64,000 nt of DNA. Source: Bacteroidota bacterium (GTDB lineage Bacteria > Bacteroidota > Bacteroidia > Bacteroidales > UBA10428). Shown piece by piece: positions 27,888-36,870 of this stretch. The stretch covers positions 32,052 through 96,051 of the forward strand of contig JAEZZA010000004.1 of assembly GCA_023442525.1 (NCBI GenBank), given 5' to 3'. The first letter of the stretch is position 1; the number at the start of each line of letters is the position of its first letter. The notes beneath the pieces were generated by a model. It was not told the DNA's origin. It made no database searches and saw only the letters and a program-made list of their open reading frames with translations. The position numbers and the translations under genes were made by a program.

Positions 27888-28657
27888 CTTACCGGAAAAC
27901 AGTCATAACTTTTGCCCTAATTCTGCTGGTCGTACTGGGGATTGATTACCTCGTAGATGTAAATAAGTGGATTTATGCCGGCATCATCGGCGTATTTCTT
28001 ATCCTGATTGCCTGGGGATCAAAAAATATAAATTCCGGCTTTTACATGAAAACTGTGAATCATGGTGACCGGAACAAGAATTCAATCTCGCTGACTTTTG
28101 ATGACGGCCCCGATGCCCAGGTTACTCCCATGATCCTCGAAATATTGAAAAAACATCAGGTAAAGGCTACGTTTTTTGTCATTGGCAGTAAAGCCGAACA
28201 ACTTCCGGATTTAATCAAACAGATAGATAAGGAGGGACATTTACTCGGATCGCATAGTTATTCTCATCACTTCTTCTTCGACCTGTTTTTGTCGCGGACT
28301 ATGCAGGCGGAAATGATCCGGACTGAAAATTTCATTTATTCATGTATAGGTAAGCGCATGAAACTTTTCAGACCCCCTTACGGTGTTACAAATCCTCCGC
28401 TGGCAAAGGCGGTTCGAAGGCTGCAATACTGGGCTGTAGGCTGGAGCCTGAAATCGGATGATACCGTCATAAAGGATGAGCATGCACTTGTTAACCGGGT
28501 TACAAGCAGAGTACAGAATGGCGACATCATACTCTTCCACGATAACAAACCCTGGAATGTAAGGGCGCTTGACGAAGTGATCTTTTCCTTGAAAGAAAAG
28601 AACTATCAGATTTTACGTCTGGATGAATTGCTTAATCTTCATGCTTATGTTTACTAA
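27881..28657 (+). CDS. Polysaccharide deacetylase (NodB homology) with N-terminal TM helices
   Basis: NodB motifs SLTFDDGPD and GSHSYSHH. Two N-terminal hydrophobic helices. Confidence 0.8.
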   Translation: MLTYRKTVITFALILLVVLGIDYLVDVNKWIYAGIIGVFLILIAWGSKNINSGFYMKTVNHGDRNKNSISLTFDDGPDAQVTPMILEILKKHQVKATFFVIGSKAEQLPDLIKQIDKEGHLLGSHSYSHHFFFDLFLSRTMQAEMIRTENFIYSCIGKRMKLFRPPYGVTNPPLAKAVRRLQYWAVGWSLKSDDTVIKDEHALVNRVTSRVQNGDIILFHDNKPWNVRALDEVIFSLKEKNYQILRLDELLNLHAYVY

Positions 28658-29285
28658 AATCAATTATACATTACTCTTTCTCTCCATTTGTGTGGTATTG
28701 CAGGCACAGACACCCGGACAAAAAATGAAGGACATTCCATCATTCAAATCCGCTCTGGAATCGATGTCGGCTAAAGTAACATCTATTGAAAGCGATTTTG
28801 TACAGGAAAAAAATCTGAGTGTGCTGTCAAATACCATCATTTCAAAAGGCCACTTCTGGTACAAAAAAGAGAATAATATCCGATGGGAGTATCTTCAGCC
28901 TTACAAATACCTGATCATTATCAGCGGCGGTAAGATATTCATACGTGAAGAACAGGGCCAGAAACAGTATGATATTGAATCGAACCGTATGTTTCGTGAA
29001 ATGAATAATTTCATCAGCGGTTGCATCCAGGGAGATATTCTTAAAAACGAAAAGGACTTCAGTACAGCTTATTTTGAAGACGAAAAGAACTACTTTGTAT
29101 CCCTGGTTCCTCGTGCCGAATCGATGCGCAAAATGCTCAACGAAGTTCAGATCTGGTTCGATAAGAACGATCTTACGGTTTCAAGGATTAAAATGCTCGA
29201 GAGTGGAGGTGATTATACCAAAATTGAATTTACTTCCAAAAAACTGAATACCGGAATATCTGATGATAAATTCATTTTCAGATAA
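28641..29285 (+). CDS. LolA-like outer-membrane lipoprotein carrier family protein
   Basis: Signal peptide MLMFTKINYTLLFLSICVVLQAQ, with size and position as in aryl-polyene clusters. The start is uncertain (28623, 28641 or 28647). Confidence 0.6.
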   Translation: MLMFTKINYTLLFLSICVVLQAQTPGQKMKDIPSFKSALESMSAKVTSIESDFVQEKNLSVLSNTIISKGHFWYKKENNIRWEYLQPYKYLIIISGGKIFIREEQGQKQYDIESNRMFREMNNFISGCIQGDILKNEKDFSTAYFEDEKNYFVSLVPRAESMRKMLNEVQIWFDKNDLTVSRIKMLESGGDYTKIEFTSKKLNTGISDDKFIFR

Positions 29286-29937
29286 AAAGCCCGTTAGTAC
29301 TCTGGTTGCGATTCTCAGCCTGAGCTTTGTGCTCCTACTGTGTTTCTCTTGTGGTTCATTGCCAAAAAATACACTTCCTGAAGATGCAGGTAGCCGTCCG
29401 GTATCATGGTTTGAATCGGACTCAGACCATTACCTGTTCAACACTTCCATTGATTTTATGAAGAACCATTTGAGTGGTCTCACAGTTGTAAAACCATTGA
29501 GTTCCGGGAATTACCGCGTAGTTATTCTTACCGAAACCGGTTTAAAGATCATGGATATGGAATTCTTTGCCGACAGTGAGCCCCGAATTCATTATATAAT
29601 GGAGCAACTGAACCGGAAGATCATGATAAGGACGCTTCAGAAAGATATGAACCTTATGCTGATGAATCATGTGGAGAACATGAATCCCTTCTGGTACAGC
29701 AATTACCCGGTTAATCCCGGAATGAATGCCTTGTATAAAGTGAATAGTGAAAGGTATTTTTATACTATTGATAAGGGACAGATACATCCGTCGGTTGCCA
29801 TGATGGGAAAGGGCAGAAAGTTCAAATCGGTTGTTCACTTTTTCGGTACCAACGTATCGGGAATTGATTCATTGAAACTTCAACATAATAATATAGATTT
29901 GTCGATCGGACTGTTCCGGATTCATGAACTGCAATGA
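29263..29937 (+). CDS. Putative lipoprotein (LolB-like position in aryl-polyene clusters)
   Basis: 224 aa. Hydrophobic leader ending LLLCFSCGS (candidate lipobox Cys). No family assigned. Confidence 0.5.
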   Translation: MINSFSDKKPVSTLVAILSLSFVLLLCFSCGSLPKNTLPEDAGSRPVSWFESDSDHYLFNTSIDFMKNHLSGLTVVKPLSSGNYRVVILTETGLKIMDMEFFADSEPRIHYIMEQLNRKIMIRTLQKDMNLMLMNHVENMNPFWYSNYPVNPGMNALYKVNSERYFYTIDKGQIHPSVAMMGKGRKFKSVVHFFGTNVSGIDSLKLQHNNIDLSIGLFRIHELQ

Positions 29938-30311
29938 GCATAAGTACACTTTATACAACAAGCTGTTTTGAATACCATCCCGATACTGGACTGGTGATTT
30001 CAACCATTGAATTAAATCCGGCTCATCCTGTTTTCAGCGGCCATTTTCCGGGAAATCCTGTTTTACCGGGAATATGCACTCTGCAAATAGCAAAGGAACT
30101 ACTTTCAAGGGCTCTTGGAGGTAATTACCGGATTTCCAAAGCATCAACCATCAAATACCTCGGATTTGTAAATCCTGTACTTACTCCGGAGATGACATTT
30201 CAGCACACTCTTAAGCATGTAGAGAATGGGGCAGTACAAAGTTCTGTCACCGTTACTGCTTCCGGAAATACCGTCTGTACTTTCAAAGCAGAATATATAG
30301 CCGAAAGTTGA
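29934..30311 (+). CDS. 3-hydroxyacyl-ACP dehydratase (FabZ/FabA-like hot-dog)
   Basis: 125 aa with the HPVFSGHFPGNPVLPG catalytic His motif. ATGA overlap with the upstream gene. Confidence 0.75.
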   Translation: MSISTLYTTSCFEYHPDTGLVISTIELNPAHPVFSGHFPGNPVLPGICTLQIAKELLSRALGGNYRISKASTIKYLGFVNPVLTPEMTFQHTLKHVENGAVQSSVTVTASGNTVCTFKAEYIAES

Positions 30312-30323
30312 GCAGGCTATGTG

Positions 30324-30743
30324 CTACCTGCTTTCTAGTATTCTCATCTCACATTCGGCCAGTAATTTATCGGCAGAAAAAACTTTACCCGTAAGAATGG
30401 TAAAACCTACAATTTCATTCACAATTTCTATCTCCGAAGTAACCACAGTTCCGGTATGAGGCAAGTCGTGTATAACCAGGTTTTTGATAGCGCCGATATA
30501 TCCTTCCTTAACCGGGGTTTGGTTTATATTGTGATTATAACCGGTGAATGCTGCTGCTGTTTGTGCTATGAATTCAACCATTGCTGATTCACTGAGTCGT
30601 CCGTTCTCAACAAACAGGTTATCTTCTTTTACCAGGAGGCTTCCCCTGGCACCTTTTTCAGAAACAGATTCCAACCTGTCGATCATTTGCATGGGTGTTT
30701 GCTGCGGAATCAGTTCTGTAATATTAAGTTTATCAGGGTCCAT
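30324..30743 (-). CDS. Hot-dog fold dehydratase-like protein
   Basis: 139 aa. The N-terminus ITELIPQQTPMQMIDRL is typical of the second dehydratase in aryl-polyene clusters. It is the last gene of the minus-strand arm. Confidence 0.6.
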   Translation of the reverse strand: MDPDKLNITELIPQQTPMQMIDRLESVSEKGARGSLLVKEDNLFVENGRLSESAMVEFIAQTAAAFTGYNHNINQTPVKEGYIGAIKNLVIHDLPHTGTVVTSEIEIVNEIVGFTILTGKVFSADKLLAECEMRILESR

Positions 30744-30763
30744 GAGTATGTGAGAAGTCCTTA

Positions 30764-31660
30764 TTATTGTTCAATATACCAAAAATTGTAATAATTGAAC
30801 CACTGATAAGGATATTTCTGAATCTTTTCTTCAACGGCTACAATATAATCGGAAATCATCTCTCTGAGTGTTTCATTGCGTGAACTCAATGAATTGTCCG
30901 ACTTGTATGTTTTCGGCGGAGCGGCATAGAAATGATAATGCCTTCGGCTGTCTTTCATTGCAAAAACAAAAGAGACCGGAACATTGTACTTTATTGCCAG
31001 GTAAAAAGGTCCCGTTGGAAATAAAGCTTCTTTATCCAGGAAAACCGACTGAAGAGTCTTGCTTCCCGGCATAAATCTGTCGCCATGCATACAAACCATC
31101 TCATGATTTTTCAATACTTCGCTGAGGGTATATACATGAGAGTTATCCTCGCGGATTGGAATAACATTAAAGCTTTTATGCGTTAAGGTCGATAAATAGT
31201 CCTTGATCTTTTCATGTTCGGCATCAAGCATCAGGATGTTTATCTTTGTATCGAGCCTTTCGAGCATGTGCCCGGCCATTTCGAAATTTCCGATGTGTGC
31301 ACTGATTAGCAATCCGCCTGAACCCGATGATGACATCTCTCTCAGATACGATTCCCCTTCAAAATCGAAAGTGAAACGGGCATCGAATCCAGCCATAGTT
31401 GCTGTACGATCGAGGATAACCTGGCCGAATTTGTAATAATTACGGTAAACGGCAAATACCGACTTGATGAAATTAAATTTCAGGCGTTTCCGGTAGAAAT
31501 AAAATATATTCCGGAACGACCCGGGAGAAAACAGGAAGAAGTATAAAGCAACAAAGAGCAATAAAAAGTACGCGAAAGGTAACCCGGGATACTTCAGAAT
31601 AGCAATGAATATTTTATATCCGGCCAGTCCACCCCTGGTTTTTCCTTTCCATTGCGCCAC
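30764..31660 (-). CDS. LpxL/HtrB-like lysophospholipid acyltransferase
   Basis: 298 aa. N-terminal TM segment (FAYFLLLFVALYFFLF) and an LpxL-family-like core (ISAHIGNFEMAG). Confidence 0.65.
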   Translation of the reverse strand: MAQWKGKTRGGLAGYKIFIAILKYPGLPFAYFLLLFVALYFFLFSPGSFRNIFYFYRKRLKFNFIKSVFAVYRNYYKFGQVILDRTATMAGFDARFTFDFEGESYLREMSSSGSGGLLISAHIGNFEMAGHMLERLDTKINILMLDAEHEKIKDYLSTLTHKSFNVIPIREDNSHVYTLSEVLKNHEMVCMHGDRFMPGSKTLQSVFLDKEALFPTGPFYLAIKYNVPVSFVFAMKDSRRHYHFYAAPPKTYKSDNSLSSRNETLREMISDYIVAVEEKIQKYPYQWFNYYNFWYIEQ

Positions 31661-31666
31661 GGCAGG

Positions 31667-31915
31667 CTATTTCTTGTTTACACAATCGAAAATATAGTTA
31701 TGCAGGTCATCCAGTGTCCGGATAGCTGTCATTTCTTCGCCCTTTAAAGTAAGACCGAATTCTTTCTGAACAATCACGGCAATATCAACAAAGTCAAGGC
31801 TCTCCAAACCCAGATCGTCCTTCAGATGAGACTCCGGAGTAATTTTGGCTTCATCAATTTCGAATTCTTCCATCAGGAAATTCTTAATAATGCCTGCTAT
31901 TTCTTCTTTTGTCAT
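31667..31915 (-). CDS. Acyl carrier protein (ACP-3)
   Basis: 82 aa with DLGLESLDFVDI. Confidence 0.9.
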   Translation of the reverse strand: MTKEEIAGIIKNFLMEEFEIDEAKITPESHLKDDLGLESLDFVDIAVIVQKEFGLTLKGEEMTAIRTLDDLHNYIFDCVNKK

Positions 31916-31931
31916 ACTACAGTAAAATCAA

Positions 31932-33152
31932 TTATTTGTACTTTTTTATCACAAGTGATGAATTGGTTCCGCCAAAACCGAATGAATTCGACAAAAACGT
32001 GTTTATCTCGTGTTCAGTGGTTTTGGAGGCAATATTCAATTTGGCAGTAAATTCGTCAGGTTCTTCGAAATTGATGTTTGGGGCCACAAACGAATTTTCC
32101 ATCATCAGCATGGAATATACAACTTCGCTGGCGCCTGCCATCCACATCTCATGACCGGTCATTGATTTGGTCGATGAAATCAACGGTTTCACATGTCCGA
32201 AAATATGATCGATTGCTTTTGCCTCATTTTGGTCTCCTATGGGTGTTGAGGTGGCATGTGCGTTAATGTAATCAATACTATCCGGTGTAACCGATGCATC
32301 TTTAAGTGCCATGGAAATGGCACGTATCGGACCATCTACATCAGGAACAGAGATATGTTTGCCATCGGAGGAAAAACCATATCCGATAATTTCGCCGAAA
32401 ATCGGTGCACCTCTTTTTATTGCGTGTTCCAGGCTTTCGAGAACAACGGTGGCAGCACCGCCGCTGGGTACCAGTCCGTCTCTTTTACGGTCAAATGGTT
32501 TCGAGGCTCCTGCAGGATTATCTTCCTGTTTGGAGAACGCGCCAAGAGCATCAAAACTACCTACACAGAAAAGGTTTACTTCCTGGGCACCGCCGCAAAT
32601 AACACAATCCTGGTAACCATGCCTGATCATGTGAAATCCCATGCCAATAGCATGTGATCCGCTTGCACATGCACCGCTGAGCGTGAAGTTCACACCCCTG
32701 AGTTTGAAAATAACCGATAAATTCATGGTAACTGAAGAATTCATCGACTGGAATACGTATCCCGAACTCACCATCTGCGTGTTCCGATTTTCACGGATGA
32801 TATCGGCACTCTCAATTACCGAAGGAGTGGAACTGTCGTTACCAAAAATGATCCCGACTTCGTTTTGTTCAAAATAGTTTGCCTCGAGACCGGCATTCTT
32901 CAGCGCTTCGGCTGTAGATACATAAGCATATTCGGCATGATCGGGCATACATACTCTGGCGCGACGGTCGAGAATTCCCTTGAGATTAGGCCGGTCGAGT
33001 TTGCCGGTAAGCCCCGACTGATAACCATATAATTTTCTCTGTGGATCAAGATAAACTCCGGATTTACCCTGGTACAAAGATTCTTTTACTTCAGCCAGGT
33101 TATTGCCGATAGACGAGTAAATGCCAATGCCGGTTATGACTACCCTGTTCAT
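31932..33152 (-). CDS. Beta-ketoacyl-ACP synthase (KS-4, FabF/FabB-like)
   Basis: 406 aa with contexts SGACASGSHAIG, NAHATSTPIGD and TGHEMWMAGA. Confidence 0.9.
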   Translation of the reverse strand: MNRVVITGIGIYSSIGNNLAEVKESLYQGKSGVYLDPQRKLYGYQSGLTGKLDRPNLKGILDRRARVCMPDHAEYAYVSTAEALKNAGLEANYFEQNEVGIIFGNDSSTPSVIESADIIRENRNTQMVSSGYVFQSMNSSVTMNLSVIFKLRGVNFTLSGACASGSHAIGMGFHMIRHGYQDCVICGGAQEVNLFCVGSFDALGAFSKQEDNPAGASKPFDRKRDGLVPSGGAATVVLESLEHAIKRGAPIFGEIIGYGFSSDGKHISVPDVDGPIRAISMALKDASVTPDSIDYINAHATSTPIGDQNEAKAIDHIFGHVKPLISSTKSMTGHEMWMAGASEVVYSMLMMENSFVAPNINFEEPDEFTAKLNIASKTTEHEINTFLSNSFGFGGTNSSLVIKKYK

Positions 33153-33173
33153 AAAATTTAAATCACTCTGTTA

Positions 33174-33902
33174 TTAAGTATATAGTCCACCATTCACCGA
33201 AATAACTTCGCCAGTGACATAAGAGGCTTTTTCGGATGCCAGAAAACACACCAGATCAGCCACCTCTTCAGGATTGCCAAATCGGTTCAGGGGAATCAGG
33301 TTCTTTAATTCGCTTTCATTCAGGTCCTTTGTCATATCGGTTTTAATGAAACCGGGTGCCACTGCATTTACAGTAACACGCTTTTTGCCTATCTCCTGGG
33401 CAAGAGCTTTGGTGGCTCCAATGATCCCCGCTTTAGCAGCCGAGTAGTTAACCTGGCCCGGCAAGCCCTTAATTCCGGATAGAGACACCACATTTACAAT
33501 CCGGCCGTACTTCTTAACAAGCATGTTTTTCAGCACAAACCGTGTGACAAAAAAGAAACCGTTCAGATTAGTATTTAACACATCATTCCAATGTGAGTTT
33601 TCCATCCACATCATCAATGTGTCTTTGCGTATACCGGCATTATTAACAAGCACTTCAATGTATTCCGATTCGTGAGCCGACTGCCATTCCGAAAGTGCTT
33701 TTTCTACCGACTCACTGTCCGAAACATCAAATTGCATCAGCGTGCCATCTGTGCCTGCCTGCCTGACCTGCTCGAGAGTATGAGTTGCACCCTCTGAATC
33801 CCGAACATAATTAATGAGCACATGATAGCCCATTTCGGCCAGCTTAATGCAAACCGACTTTCCGATGCCTCTTGATCCACCTGTTACTAATGCGTATTTC
33901 AT
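33174..33902 (-). CDS. fabG: 3-oxoacyl-ACP reductase (SDR)
   Basis: 242 aa with TGGSRGIG, NNAG and YSAAKAG motifs. Confidence 0.9.
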   Translation of the reverse strand: MKYALVTGGSRGIGKSVCIKLAEMGYHVLINYVRDSEGATHTLEQVRQAGTDGTLMQFDVSDSESVEKALSEWQSAHESEYIEVLVNNAGIRKDTLMMWMENSHWNDVLNTNLNGFFFVTRFVLKNMLVKKYGRIVNVVSLSGIKGLPGQVNYSAAKAGIIGATKALAQEIGKKRVTVNAVAPGFIKTDMTKDLNESELKNLIPLNRFGNPEEVADLVCFLASEKASYVTGEVISVNGGLYT

Positions 33903-33913
33903 TGTAAATCAAG

Positions 33914-35455
33914 CTATTGAATAGTAATGAATTGACTGCAAAGGTAATCTTTAATTCGCTTTAATTCGACATATTTAATGGTGTCTTCCTCAAAACGCGG
34001 AACAATCGACCGTATAATGCTGTACTTGTCCCTTGTAAACGACGACATCCTGCTTTCGATATTCAGATAATCAATGGCCTGTACTATACTTAGCAGCTCA
34101 ATGGCAAGCACCTGGTACGTATTGTCGATTACACGGCGGGCAAATTGTGCCGAATTTGTACCCATGCTTACAATATCCTGATTGTCGTTATTGTTCGGAA
34201 TACTGTGAACATAATTTGGAAACGACAACGTTTGGTTTTCAGCAACAGTGGAAGTAGCCGTGAACTGCGACCCCTGCATACCAAAATTTACGCCCAGTTT
34301 ACCCAGGTTCACAAAAGGAGGAAGTTTGCTGTTCAGCCTGTCATTCATCATGTAATTGATCTGTCTTTCGAACAGGAGCGAAAGCTTGGTCATTACAATT
34401 TTCAGCTTGTCCATTTCAAGCGAAATGTAATCGCCATGGAAATTACCTCCATGAAAAATATTTTGCTTTTCGACATGCACAACGGGATTGTCGCTTGCCG
34501 AATTAGCCTCATTTAGCAGTATTTTTTCAGTATACTCGAGAGTATCATAAATCGGGCCCAGTATTTGCGGAACACACCGTATGGAATAATACTCCTGAAC
34601 CTTGTCGGCAATCACATAATCATTTCTGTGTTTTCCGTTGAAGAAATGCTCTTCGCGCTTGCGTATCAGCTTGCTGTCCTTAAGTATATTGCGCTCCAGT
34701 CCGGCAATATAATTCTGTCCGAACTGTTTCTTAACACCGTTTAGCTCTTCGGAAAAATAATCGTCGAACGACCTTACAATTTCGTTAATCATGCAGGCCA
34801 CAACTACTGCCCATCTGAGAAGGTTCCGGGCATGAAGTACATTCACGATGCCGGTGCCGGTCATGAAGCACGTTCCGTTTATCAGTGATAATCCTTCACG
34901 AAGATGTATACTGATCGGAGTCAGCGAATGTTTTTTGAAGACCTCTGCTGTTGGAATAATTTTGCCCTCGAAAATTACCTCACCTTCGCCGATAAGCACA
35001 AGTGCAATATGTGCAAGTTGAACAAGATCACCACTTGCCCCTACACCTCCGTGTTCGGGTACTACAGGCACAATATTACGGTTAACCAGTTCCCTGATCA
35101 GATCAATTACTTCAGGATGCATGCCTGAAAAGCCATGCGAGAAGTTACTCAGCAAGGTGATCATGGCCGAGCGAACATATACCGGATTTACAGGATCACC
35201 TGAGCCCGAAGCGTGGCTTCGGATTGCATTATAATGCAATTTCACACTATCGACCTCATCAATACGGTATTGAGCCATTGGCCCTAAACCGGTGCTTATT
35301 CCGTAAATGATTTTGTCCTTATGAAAAGTTTCAAGAAAACCGTAACTTTTTTTTATCCTCTCCTCTGCCTCAGAATCTATCGCAACTTTTTCATTTTTAA
35401 ATAGTACGTCGTAATAATCCTGTATCGTAATTAAACGTTCACCAATTTTTAACAT
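33914..35455 (-). CDS. Aromatic amino acid ammonia-lyase (MIO enzyme), probable tyrosine ammonia-lyase of the flexirubin type
   Basis: 513 aa with the MIO-forming triad in GGVGASGDLVQLAHIAL. It is the first gene of the minus arm within a type II FAS/PKS-like cluster, not a hut operon. Confidence 0.85.
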   Translation of the reverse strand: MLKIGERLITIQDYYDVLFKNEKVAIDSEAEERIKKSYGFLETFHKDKIIYGISTGLGPMAQYRIDEVDSVKLHYNAIRSHASGSGDPVNPVYVRSAMITLLSNFSHGFSGMHPEVIDLIRELVNRNIVPVVPEHGGVGASGDLVQLAHIALVLIGEGEVIFEGKIIPTAEVFKKHSLTPISIHLREGLSLINGTCFMTGTGIVNVLHARNLLRWAVVVACMINEIVRSFDDYFSEELNGVKKQFGQNYIAGLERNILKDSKLIRKREEHFFNGKHRNDYVIADKVQEYYSIRCVPQILGPIYDTLEYTEKILLNEANSASDNPVVHVEKQNIFHGGNFHGDYISLEMDKLKIVMTKLSLLFERQINYMMNDRLNSKLPPFVNLGKLGVNFGMQGSQFTATSTVAENQTLSFPNYVHSIPNNNDNQDIVSMGTNSAQFARRVIDNTYQVLAIELLSIVQAIDYLNIESRMSSFTRDKYSIIRSIVPRFEEDTIKYVELKRIKDYLCSQFITIQ

Positions 35456-35670
35456 TACTCGAATTTGATTTGAAAATTCTTCGTTTTAAAGGGTTTTGGT
35501 TGTCGTAAAAGGCTGCAAAATAATAAAAAATTTATTTCCTGACGAAATAATTGCTTTAACTTTCAGTTAATCCAGACTTAAATCTTTTTATCAGGATTTT
35601 TTTTTATACCGGGTTCCGGTTAGGAACTATTATTTCATTTCATCGACGGATGCTATACAAATAATAAATA

Positions 35671-35678
35671 TATATTTG
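35671..35678 (+). promoter_or_regulatory. Candidate -7 box TATATTTG upstream of the GT2 gene
   Basis: Matches TAnnTTTG and ends 38 nt upstream of ATG 35717, in the 261-bp divergent intergenic region. Confidence 0.35.
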
Positions 35679-35716
35679 CACTGTTTTGACCGCATGCTGC
35701 AAGGAATAGGTTAGGA

Positions 35717-36868
35717 ATGAACTGGTGCGTTGTAATCCCGACATTCAATAATGGTAAAACATTAGCAAAGGTAATTGAGGATGTCCTTCAGACAACCCGC
35801 AATGTTATTGTTGTTAACGACGGTTCAACCGACAATACGCTTGAGGTTTTGAAAGGCTTTCCGCAGATTACATGTATTCATAATTCAAAAAATAAAGGGA
35901 AGGGCTATTCTTTAAGAAAGGGATTCGACAAGGCTTTAAAGGATGGTTTTGATTACGCGGTTACACTGGATTCCGACGGACAGCATTTCGCCAGTGATAT
36001 TACAACGCTCACCAATAAATGCCATGAAAATCCGGATTCGCTTATTGTAGGTTCCCGAAGTCTTGAAGGCGAAAAACTTCGGAAGGGCAGCGGATTCGCT
36101 AATAAATTTTCAAACTTCTGGTTTAAACTTATAGCGGGGGTCAGCCTTCCTGATACCCAATCCGGATTCAGGATGTATCCACTGCAACTGCTCGGCCCGG
36201 TGAAATTCTATTGCAACCGTTATGAATTCGAGCTCGAAGTTCTTTATCGTGCAGCCTGGAAAGGGATCAATCTGGTAAATGTTCCAATTAAGGTGTTTTA
36301 CCCCGAAAAATCCGAAAGAGTGAGCCATTTCAGGCCTTTTCACGATTTCGTGCGTATCAGCCTTTTGAATGTGGTTTGTTTTTTTATAGCATTCTTTTAT
36401 GTCAAACCCTTTTCGTTCGCGAAATATCTGAGAAAAGAAAACCTGAAAGATTTTATCCGTGATAATATTATCCATACCAACGACTCTGCATGGAAAATGA
36501 CCTTTTCGGTAATGCTGGGAGTTTTTATGGGCATCATACCTATATGGGGCTATCAGCTCATTTCCGCCATTGCTCTTGCATATCTGTTCCGGCTGAACAA
36601 ACTTCTTGTAATAGTGGCCGCTAATATCAGCATCTTCCCGTTCACTGCAGTAATCCTTTATCTGAGCTATATTACGGGAGGACTCGTGATGCCTGAAAGC
36701 CATCTGATGGGTTTTAGTATGGATATTTCAATAGACAGCCTTGGTTCCGGATTATATCAATATCTTGTGGGTGCTGTTATCCTGGCTGTAGTCGCATCCC
36801 TGTTCTTCGGCTTGCTTACATATATATTTCTGAAACTGATCCGAAAAAAACCTTCTATTGCCAGCTAA
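35717..36868 (+). CDS. Glycosyltransferase family 2 with C-terminal DUF2062-like membrane domain
   Basis: Contains VVIPTFNNGKTL, VNDGSTDNT and LDSDGQH. The C-terminal roughly 130 aa are multi-TM. Confidence 0.8.
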   Translation: MNWCVVIPTFNNGKTLAKVIEDVLQTTRNVIVVNDGSTDNTLEVLKGFPQITCIHNSKNKGKGYSLRKGFDKALKDGFDYAVTLDSDGQHFASDITTLTNKCHENPDSLIVGSRSLEGEKLRKGSGFANKFSNFWFKLIAGVSLPDTQSGFRMYPLQLLGPVKFYCNRYEFELEVLYRAAWKGINLVNVPIKVFYPEKSERVSHFRPFHDFVRISLLNVVCFFIAFFYVKPFSFAKYLRKENLKDFIRDNIIHTNDSAWKMTFSVMLGVFMGIIPIWGYQLISAIALAYLFRLNKLLVIVAANISIFPFTAVILYLSYITGGLVMPESHLMGFSMDISIDSLGSGLYQYLVGAVILAVVASLFFGLLTYIFLKLIRKKPSIAS

Positions 36869-36870
36869 CC

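Noticed and set aside
33914-35455. The MIO lyase considered as histidase HutH.
   Set aside because: There are no hutU, hutI or hutG neighbours. It is embedded in a KS/ACP/KR operon typical of aryl-polyene clusters.
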